Positions 57,101 through 64,000 of a DNA stretch of 64,000 bases are shown one piece after another (the first letter of the stretch is position 1; every line of letters starts with the position of its first letter). A program made the position numbers and the translations under genes. This DNA comes from Planctomycetota bacterium (GTDB lineage: Bacteria; Planctomycetota; B15-G4; SIAN01): contig DAINBU010000011.1 in NCBI GenBank assembly GCA_036732755.1, positions 513-64,512 of the forward strand, in the 5' to 3' direction. Below the pieces are notes generated by a model. It had not been told where the DNA came from. It saw only the letters and a program-made list of their open reading frames with translations, and did not search any database.

Positions 57101-58339
57101 CAGCACGACCTCGGGGCGCTGCGGGCCGAGCGTCAGCACGTCGTCGGTCAGCAGCCGCTCGTGGTCGGACTCGCGCGCGAAGAGGTCGAAGTAGGGCGCC
57201 GCGTCGCGCGGGAGCATGAGCCAGCCGCTCGTCGCCGCCAGCGCGACCACGATCGACGCGAAGGCGAGCGCGCGCCGGCCGGTGCGCGGGTGGACGATCG
57301 CGTCGAGCGCGGCGTACGCCTCCTCGGCGTTCCGGAAGCGCCGCTCGCGGTCGCGCGCGAGGCAGCGGTCGATGAAGCGCGCGAGGCGGCGCGGCAGCCC
57401 CTTCGCCAGCGCCTCGACGGACGGCGGATCGCGCGCGAGCTTCTCGGTCAGGAGCGCGCGCGCGTCGCCGCGGTTCTCGAAGGGGAGGCGTCCGGTGACC
57501 ATCCGGAAGCCGATCGCGCCGACCGCGTAGAGGTCGGCGCGCTCGTCGAGCGCGACGACTTCCTCGCCGGTGAGGAGGTGGGCCCCCTGCTCGGGGGCGC
57601 AGTACTCGGGCGTGCAGGCGGCGCAGCGGACCGTGTCGGATCCCGCGGAGTCGCCGAGCTTCGCGCCGGAGGCGGAGCGGCGGCGGATGGTCTGTCCGGG
57701 GTCGTCGGGGAGCTCGTCGAAGTACTCCGCCGGCTCGACGATGTACGCGACGTCGGCGCCGAGGAACTGGCTCACGCCGAAGTCGATCACCTTGACCCAG
57801 TCGCTCCCGGCGCGGCCGCCCGGCTGCGGCTCGAGGAAGACGTTCGAGGGCTTGAGGTCGAGGTGGAGCAGGCACTCGCCGTCGGGCAGGCGGTGCGCGG
57901 CGCGCAGCGCGTCGACGATCTGCAGCAGGATGCGCGCGGCGCGGGCGGGCGCGAGCTTCTTCTCGCTCTCGAGCAGGTCGAGCAGGTCGCGCCCCTCGAG
58001 CAGCTCCATCACGAAGTAGGGCGTGCCGTCGGCCGTCTGCGCCAGCGCCTTCCAGTCGACGACGTTGGGGTGCTTGAGGCGCGTGAGGCGGCGCACCTCC
58101 TCGAGGAAGCCGGCGAGGCTCGCTTCGTCGGCGGCGACGTCGCGGTGGAGGATCTTGATCGCGACGCCGCAACCGAGCGAGAGGTCGCGCGCCGAGTAGA
58201 CCGCCCCGAAGCCGCCGACGCCGACCAGGCGAAGGATCAGGAACTTGCCGTCGAAGGTGCAGCCGACCAGCTCGCCTTCGCGGCCGCGCTCCGGCGCGCC
58301 GGCGTACGGCGCCTCGACGTCGCGATCGGGGGCGTCCAT
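54185..58339 (-). CDS. Transmembrane Ser/Thr protein kinase (non-RD, HLD catalytic loop) with a large extracytoplasmic region ending in an FGE-sulfatase (formylglycine-generating enzyme-like) domain
   Basis: ATG at 58339 overlaps the upstream gene stop (TGATG). Kinase subdomains: [40 protein letters not shown]. A transmembrane helix follows ([19 protein letters not shown]). A ~700-aa extracytoplasmic region ends in the FGE motif block ([33 protein letters not shown] ... HGDFAC..RGFRCA). The N-terminal 1400 aa of track ORF 54185..62539 are out-of-frame shadow of the giant gene. Confidence 0.85.
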   Translation of the reverse strand: [1384 protein letters not shown]

Positions 58340-61300
58340 CAATGGGCCCCGAAGAAGATCGGGACGTTGTCGAGGTCGGGCTGGGCGCTGACCAGGTCGG
58401 AGTCGCCGTCCCCGTCGACGTCGACCACGCGCAGCGACTGCGGCGAGCTCGTGAAGGCGGTCGCCCCCACCACCTCGACCGTCGTGAAGACGCCCGGATT
58501 CGACTGGAAGAACAGGACGAAGGCGTCGCTGCTCGAGCCGCCCGCGACGACGTCGGGCGAGCCGTCGCGGTCGACGTCCTCGAGGGAGAGGCAGGTGGGC
58601 GCCAGCAGCGAGGCGTGGGTGAGCGTGAGCGAGGGGGTGGTCGGGAAGACGCCCTGCGCGCTCGCGAGGAAGAGCGTCACGCTGTTCGAGTTCAGGTTGG
58701 CGCAGGCGAGGTCGACGTCGCCGTCGCCGTCGAGGTCGGCGGCCGCGACCACGACCGGCCCGTTGGTCGTGCCGTTCGAGCCGAGCGTCGCGTCGGGGAG
58801 CGCGTTGAACGTGCCGCCCGGCTGCTGGAAGAAGACCGTGACGTTGTTGCCGGCGGAGTTGGCGCAGGCGAGGTCGGACGCGCCGTCGCCGTCCAGGTCG
58901 GCCGCGAGCACGAAGACCGGCGACTTGGTGGTCGCGTTGCTCCCGAGCGTGGCGTCGGGCGCGGCGGGGTAGGCGCCGGCATTGCGATGGAACAGCTGGA
59001 CGCGGTTCGCCGACGCGTCGGCCACGGCGAGGTCGAGGTCGCCGTCGCCGTCGAGGTCGGCGCAGGCGAGGTGGAACGGGTCGCCGAGCGCGCCCGCGCC
59101 GAGCGTGAAGCTCGCCGCGGCCGCGAAGGTGCCGTCTCCTTGGTGCGCGAAGCCGGTCACCGTCTTGCCGGTGCGGTTCGCCGCGACGAGGTCGACGCGG
59201 CCGTCGCCGTTCCAGTCGGCCGCGACCACCGCGTTGGTCCCGGCGGTCGACGCGCCGCCGCCGAGGCGCTGACCCACCTGCGACCCGAAGACCGCCGGCG
59301 CGAGCTGCGGGAACAGCGAGATCGTCCCGTCGCCCGTGTTCGCGGTCGCGAGGTCGAGGTCGCCGTCGCCGTCGAGGTCGGCCACCGCGACGCCGTGCAC
59401 GTCGGGCGTGTCGATCGCGCTGCCGAGGACGAGGTCGGGCGACTGGCCGGTGAAGCTGCGGCCGCCGAGCTGGAAGAAGAGCGTCAGGTCGTTGCCGCCC
59501 TGGTTGGCCGAGGCGAGGTCGATCTGCCCGTCGGCGTCGAGGTCGTCGAGCACGACGTGGACCGGGCCGACGATCCCGCCGGCGCCGTGCACGACCAGCG
59601 GCTCGCTGTTGAAGGTGCCGGCGGCGGGGTCGCGCAGGAACGTGGCGAGCGAATCGTTGGCGCTCGGGGCGACGATGTCGATGCCGCCGTCGCCGTTCAC
59701 GTCGCCGACCGCGACGTGGCGCGGCGCGATCGGGCCGGCCGACGAGGCGAGCGTGAAGGTCGGGAAGACCCCCACGCCGCCCGCCGTCGCCTGCAGGAAG
59801 ACCGTCACGCAGTTGCCGGCCTGGTTGGCGTTGACGACGTCGAGGCGGCCGTCGCGGTCGACGTCGAAGAGGCGCACCGCCGCGGGCCCGTCGGTGAGGC
59901 CCGCCCCGCCGATCAATTGCGACGGCGCCGTCGGGAAGCTGCCGCCGCCCGCCTGCAGCCAGATGGCGATCTGGTTCTTGCCGCGCAGCGACGCGACCAG
60001 GTCGACGTCGCCGTCGCCGTCGAAGTCGCCGGCGTCGAGGCCGCTCGGCGCGAGCGTGTTGACGCTGCTCAGCAGCAGCGTCGGGTTGGTCGGGAAACTG
60101 CCCAGCATGCTCTGCACGTAGATCGCGACGTTGTTGCTGCCGTCGCAGGAGCAGGCCAGGTCGATGCGGCGGTCGCCGTTGAGGTCGGCGGCGACCACGC
60201 AGGTCGGCCCGGTGATGCCGCCGAGGCTGAACCCCTGCACGGTGAACGACCCGGGCGAGTTCTGCTTGGCGATCGTGAGGTTGTTGCTGGCGTGGCTGGC
60301 GGTCGCGAGGTCGGTGTCGCCGTCCTTGTCGAGGTCGGCGGCGACCACGGAGACGGGCTGCGTCATCCTCGCCAGCAGCGGGATGCCGATGAGCGTGACG
60401 CTGGGCGCGGTCGGGAACTTGTGGCTCTTGTCCTGGAAGAAGATCGTCACCGAGTCGGCGCCCTGGTTGGCGGAGACGACGTCGAGGTCGCCGTCGCCGT
60501 CGAGGTCGGCCGCCTCGAGCGAGGCGACGCTGGTCGTCGAGGCGACGCCGCCGATGTGGACCGGGAGGACGTCGAGTCCTGCGCGCACCGGACGCGGGAC
60601 GCCGGTGTCGGTGGCGAGCCCGGGCTCGGTGTCGTAGGCGGTGCCGCGCAGCACGACCGAGCCGCCGGCCGGGAGGTCGGAGGAGTCCCACACGAAGGTG
60701 TCGCCGCGCACGCTCGCGCCGGCCGGCCGCGGCGAGGAGTCGTCGCGGATGCGCCACGCCTGGCGCGCGTCGAGCGGCGGCACGAAGGGCGCCGCGACCG
60801 TCACGCGCCGCGTCGCCACGTCGACCGCCGAGATCGTCCGCACCTGCTGCACGCCGCCGCCGACCGCGACGTCGTTCGCCGCCGGGAGCGCGAGGAGGCG
60901 CTGGTCGTCGGAGCCGGTCGCGAGGCCGGCCACGTCGAGCGGCAGGCCGGCGACCACCTGGAAGGCGGGACCGCCGCCGCCCGTCCCGAGGTCGACGCAG
61001 CGCAGCTCCCGCGTCGAGTCGGCCGTGTTGGCGTCGACGACCGCGAGCAGCCGCGCGCCGCCGCGCTCGAGCGCGATCGCCTCGGGCCGCGCGAGCTTGA
61101 GCCCGGTGCTCACGAGGTCGCTGCGCGTCAGCGTGCCGAGGTCGACGATCGAGACGCGCCCCTCGACGGTCGACGTCGCCGGATCGACCCAGGTCGCCTC
61201 GGCGAGGTAGAGCTGCGAGGGGTGGCGCGGGTCGACGGCGATGCCCCACGGGCCGGCCAGTCCGTTCAGCACGGTGCGTCCCGTGGCGCCGCCGGGAAAC

Positions 61301-62898
61301 GCGCGGTCGACCGCGATCAGCGCGTCGCCGACCGTGAGCAGGAGCGTGTCTTTTCCGGTCGCGACCAGGCCGCGCACCGTGCCGGTCGCGAAGGCGCCCG
61401 TGCCGGCGAAGAACGGCGTGCGCGCGCCGTCGGCGAGCGCGATCTCGAAGACGGTCCAGGCGCCCGCGACGTCCGCCGCGACCAGCACCGACCGCTCCTC
61501 GCTCCCGTAGGCGAGCGCGCTCGGGTCGCCGTCGGCGCCGCTGGCGAGGTCGCGCACGACGACGCCGGTCGCGAGGTCGATTTCGCGCAGCCGCCACTGG
61601 CCGGACGACGGCCGGTCGAGCACGAGGCCGTCGTGGCCGTCCCCCACCGACAGCGCCGCGACCGGTCCGGCGAGCGGATCGCTGGCCCAGCCGGCGGCGC
61701 GGCCGGCCGGCGGCGACGGCACCGCGAGCAGCTCGAGCGAGCGGCCCGCGACGTACTCGGAGAGCAGCCCCGCCGCCGACGAGCCGAGCTCGTGGAGCTG
61801 CGCCGTCACGCCGTCGATCGGGAGCAGCCAGCCGTAGTGCAGGAGCGGCGCCTCGGTCGCGATGCGGTGCTGGTGGCGCAGGTCGGGGTCGGCGAGGATC
61901 GCGTCGAGCGCGGCCGGCGACGCCGGCAGAGCCGGGAAGGAGCTGGCGTCGGGCCCCCACTGGAAGACGACGCGCACCGCGTCGCCCTCCGCGTCGATCA
62001 GCTGGTAGCGCACCGGGATCGCGCGCCGCGAGTCGGGGTCGGCGAAGAAGCCGCTGCCGTCGACGAGCAGCGTGGGCGGCGCGTTGTTGTCGAGCTGGAG
62101 GTCGGGAGTCTCGACCACGACGCCGGCGTCGAACGCGTCGGACGGCGTGAAGCGCAGCCGCGCCCGGAACTCGCGCTGCGGTGCGTCGGCTTCCACGTCC
62201 CACAGGAAGAGGGCGTGCATGCCGGAGGGCGAGGTCGCCACCTGCTGCAGGTCGGAGCCCAGCGGGGTCGCCGGCTTCCAGTTCGACGGGTCGGCCTGGT
62301 CGGCGTACTCGACGACGACGTCGGCGAGGTCGGCCGAGGAGTCGGCGAGCGAGAGGTCGATCGCGACCGGCCCCTCGACCTCGTCCGACGGCGAGGACAG
62401 GACGGCCACGGTCGGCGGGTCGTTGCCGACGTCGAAGGGGCCGGTGGTCGGCCCGCTCGCGTCGCCGGCGCGGCGGACCATGATCCGGAGCCCGCTCGAG
62501 AGCGCCGTCCCCGACGGGAGCTGCGCCGCGAAGTCCCACTGGCGTTGGTGGTCGACGCCGGCCGGCGACGTCGCGAGCGCCGTCAGGTCGGTGTTCCCGA
62601 CGAGGAGCGCCGGCTCGGTCGCGCCGCCCGGATGGACCACCAGGATCTCGACGCTGAGCGGGCGCGCGGCGCCGTCGGTCAGGCGGAACGAGAGCGTCGC
62701 GGGCGACTGCTTGCGGTCGAGCGCGCTGCCGGCGTCGACGTCGCTGATGACGATCGCGCCGGGGCGCGCCGCGCTCGAGCCGCCGCTCTTCAGGAGCTTC
62801 GCGATCGCCGCGGTGCCGGCGCCGCAGGACGCGAGGACGAGCGACGCCGCGGCGGCGAGGCCGATCCCGGCTCTCTGGCGCGGCGTGCGTCGCGACAC
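58339..62898 (-). CDS. Giant (~1520 aa) secreted lipoprotein with a beta-propeller-like N-region and about 12 FG-GAP/VCBS-type repeats
   Basis: Start is proposed as GTG at 62898, giving MSRRTPRQRAGIGLAAAASLVLASCGAG with an L-A-S-C lipobox. Track TTG at 62979 adds a poly-Arg leader and is less likely. Repeats include DLDGDGDLDVVSAN, DLDKDGDTDLATAS, DFDGDGDVDLVAS, DVDRDGRLDVVNAN, DVNGDGGIDIVAPS, DLDADGQIDLASAN, DLDGDGDLDLATAN, DWNGDGRVDLVAAN and DVDGDGDSDLVSAQ. The stop overlaps the kinase ATG. Confidence 0.8.
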   Translation of the reverse strand: MSRRTPRQRAGIGLAAAASLVLASCGAGTAAIAKLLKSGGSSAARPGAIVISDVDAGSALDRKQSPATLSFRLTDGAARPLSVEILVVHPGGATEPALLVGNTDLTALATSPAGVDHQRQWDFAAQLPSGTALSSGLRIMVRRAGDASGPTTGPFDVGNDPPTVAVLSSPSDEVEGPVAIDLSLADSSADLADVVVEYADQADPSNWKPATPLGSDLQQVATSPSGMHALFLWDVEADAPQREFRARLRFTPSDAFDAGVVVETPDLQLDNNAPPTLLVDGSGFFADPDSRRAIPVRYQLIDAEGDAVRVVFQWGPDASSFPALPASPAALDAILADPDLRHQHRIATEAPLLHYGWLLPIDGVTAQLHELGSSAAGLLSEYVAGRSLELLAVPSPPAGRAAGWASDPLAGPVAALSVGDGHDGLVLDRPSSGQWRLREIDLATGVVVRDLASGADGDPSALAYGSEERSVLVAADVAGAWTVFEIALADGARTPFFAGTGAFATGTVRGLVATGKDTLLLTVGDALIAVDRAFPGGATGRTVLNGLAGPWGIAVDPRHPSQLYLAEATWVDPATSTVEGRVSIVDLGTLTRSDLVSTGLKLARPEAIALERGGARLLAVVDANTADSTRELRCVDLGTGGGGPAFQVVAGLPLDVAGLATGSDDQRLLALPAANDVAVGGGVQQVRTISAVDVATRRVTVAAPFVPPLDARQAWRIRDDSSPRPAGASVRGDTFVWDSSDLPAGGSVVLRGTAYDTEPGLATDTGVPRPVRAGLDVLPVHIGGVASTTSVASLEAADLDGDGDLDVVSANQGADSVTIFFQDKSHKFPTAPSVTLIGIPLLARMTQPVSVVAADLDKDGDTDLATASHASNNLTIAKQNSPGSFTVQGFSLGGITGPTCVVAADLNGDRRIDLACSCDGSNNVAIYVQSMLGSFPTNPTLLLSSVNTLAPSGLDAGDFDGDGDVDLVASLRGKNQIAIWLQAGGGSFPTAPSQLIGGAGLTDGPAAVRLFDVDRDGRLDVVNANQAGNCVTVFLQATAGGVGVFPTFTLASSAGPIAPRHVAVGDVNGDGGIDIVAPSANDSLATFLRDPAAGTFNSEPLVVHGAGGIVGPVHVVLDDLDADGQIDLASANQGGNDLTLFFQLGGRSFTGQSPDLVLGSAIDTPDVHGVAVADLDGDGDLDLATANTGDGTISLFPQLAPAVFGSQVGQRLGGGASTAGTNAVVAADWNGDGRVDLVAANRTGKTVTGFAHQGDGTFAAAASFTLGAGALGDPFHLACADLDGDGDLDLAVADASANRVQLFHRNAGAYPAAPDATLGSNATTKSPVFVLAADLDGDGASDLACANSAGNNVTVFFQQPGGTFNALPDATLGSNGTTNGPVVVAAADLDGDGDVDLACANLNSNSVTLFLASAQGVFPTTPSLTLTHASLLAPTCLSLEDVDRDGSPDVVAGGSSSDAFVLFFQSNPGVFTTVEVVGATAFTSSPQSLRVVDVDGDGDSDLVSAQPDLDNVPIFFGAH

Positions 62899-62908
62899 GA
62901 TGGGGATC

Positions 62909-63298
62909 TCAGCGCGTCGTGGGGAGCGCCGGCGGCGGCGTCGAGAGGGTCTGCTCCTCGCGCTGCTGCGCGCGCGCAAGGTCGTCGGCGCCCGTCGCGC
63001 CGAGGATGCCGACGTGGAGCGAGTAGTCGCCGATCTGGACGATGTCGCCGTTGCGCAGCTCGGCGTTCCGCACGGGCCGGCCGTTCAGCGACGTCCCGTT
63101 CGAGCTGCCGAGGTCCTCGAGGAAGTGGCGCCCCGACTTGGCGACGATCGCCGCGTGCATGCGCGACACGTCGGCGCTGTCGATGCGCAGGTCGCAGTCG
63201 GCGGAGCGCCCGATCAGGACGCGGTCCTTGACCGACTCGAGCCGGTGCGTCACGCGACCGTTCAGGATCGTCGTGAGGCTGATCTGCGTGGACGCCAT
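62909..63298 (-). CDS. FHA-domain protein (129 aa), first gene of the operon
   Basis: ATG at 63298 with GGGGGAG 7 nt upstream. RVLIGRSADCDLRIDSADVSRMHAAIVAKSGRHFLEDLGSSNGTSLNGRPV..GDIVQIG is the canonical FHA pattern (G-R...S.xH, SxNGT). Stop lies 10 nt before the GTG of the giant lipoprotein gene. Confidence 0.8.
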   Translation of the reverse strand: MASTQISLTTILNGRVTHRLESVKDRVLIGRSADCDLRIDSADVSRMHAAIVAKSGRHFLEDLGSSNGTSLNGRPVRNAELRNGDIVQIGDYSLHVGILGATGADDLARAQQREEQTLSTPPPALPTTR

Positions 63299-63436
63299 CG
63301 CGCCGCTCCCCCCCTCTTCCGTGGCGAGTCCCCTCCGTCGTTTTTTCGGTAGGGCTGCCCGGGGGGCTTGAGCCGATGACGGAAGGCGGAAGGCCCCGTG
63401 TTGCCCGGCGACCGCGGCCCGATCGGGAGAAACCCC

Positions 63437-64000
63437 ATGGCCAAGCCCAAGCCGCGCCGGGCGCGCAAGCCGTCGCCCCGTGCGCGCAAGCCCTCGCCCC
63501 GCGCGGAGCTCCTGCTCGCGCTCGAGGCGCAGAGCCGCATGACCGCCGACCTCGCGCGCCTCAAGGAGGAGGCCGAGGCCGCGAGCCGCGCCAAGAGCGC
63601 GTTCCTCGCCAACATGAGCCACGAGATCCGGACGCCGCTCAACGCGATCCTGGGGATGGCCGAGCTGCTCGACGCGTCGCAGCTCAACTCGAGCCAGCGG
63701 CGCCACGTCGCCGTGCTGCGCAACGCGGGCGACGCGCTGATCCGCCTGATCGGCGACATCCTCGACCTCGCGAAGGTCGAGGCGGCGAAGCTCGAGCTCG
63801 AGCGCGCCCCCTTCGACGTGCGCACGCTCTTCGAGGGCGCCGCCGACGTGGTCGCGGTCGGCGCCAGCCGCAAGGGGCTCTACGTCACGCTCGACGTCGA
63901 GCCGTCGGTGCCGCGCGCGCTGGTCGGCGACGCCCACCGGCTGCGCCAGGTGCTGCTCAACCTGCTCGGAAATGCGGTCAAGTTCACGGAGCGCGGCGGC
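63437..64000 (+). CDS. Histidine kinase (HisKA plus the start of HATPase_c), 5' part; continues beyond the right edge
   Basis: ATG at 63437 with GGGAGA 6 nt upstream. A coiled-coil precedes FLANMSHEIRTPLNAILGMAELL (H-box). The N-box region follows (LRQVLLNLLGNAVKFTERGG). No stop occurs before position 64000. The ORF is absent from the track because it lacks a stop. Confidence 0.8.
   Translation, partial: MAKPKPRRARKPSPRARKPSPRAELLLALEAQSRMTADLARLKEEAEAASRAKSAFLANMSHEIRTPLNAILGMAELLDASQLNSSQRRHVAVLRNAGDALIRLIGDILDLAKVEAAKLELERAPFDVRTLFEGAADVVAVGASRKGLYVTLDVEPSVPRALVGDAHRLRQVLLNLLGNAVKFTERGG

Noticed and set aside
54185-62539. 2784-aa minus-strand ORF from the track
   Set aside because: Only its last 1384 aa (from ATG 58339) form the kinase-FGE protein. 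The upstream 1400 aa are an out-of-frame overlap of the giant FG-GAP gene with Arg/Gly/Asp-rich composition and no motifs.
58342-63231. 1629-aa plus-strand ORF
   Set aside because: Antisense shadow of the giant lipoprotein and FHA genes (poly-Arg/Glu/Asp/Gly/Val composition).
1-64000. CRISPR arrays, rRNA or tRNA genes, IS elements or integrases
   Set aside because: I found no direct repeats with a spacer architecture, no tRNA-like cloverleaf candidates and no transposase or integrase motifs.

Overview
The window is 64 kb at roughly 70% GC, from a Gram-negative bacterium whose gene content resembles Myxococcota or Planctomycetota (DUF4388, PSCyt, DUF1080, a kinase-FGE fusion, several PilV/PilW/PilX sets). 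It is gene dense, with about 48 protein-coding genes. I found no rRNA, tRNA, CRISPR array or transposase. Most long ORFs in the six-frame track are antisense shadow ORFs typical of high-GC DNA. Real genes were picked by recognisable domain motifs, signal peptides, ribosome-binding sites and stop/start coupling.

The window is dominated by secreted and surface proteins:
- An FG-GAP protein and a kelch / glyoxal-oxidase-like protein share an unassigned C-terminal domain of about 115 aa.
- Two paralogous type IV pilus minor-pilin sets (PilV-like, PilW-like, PilX-like) flank the kelch gene.
- A tightly coupled operon on the minus strand encodes an FHA protein, a giant FG-GAP/VCBS lipoprotein, a Ser/Thr kinase fused to a formylglycine-generating-enzyme (FGE) domain, and a lipoprotein.
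- A 1103-aa ECF sigma factor is fused to a transmembrane helix and an extracytoplasmic repeat domain.
- A glycan-tailoring cluster encodes an FkbM methyltransferase, a GT10 fucosyltransferase, a sulfotransferase-GT2 fusion and a GT2.
- Other genes include secreted peptidases (M13, and an M28 interrupted by an in-frame TAA), a redoxin-PSCyt-copper-monooxygenase-like fusion, a DedA-rhodanese gene remnant, and candidate operators and terminators.

A histidine kinase gene runs off the right edge and a lipoprotein gene off the left edge.
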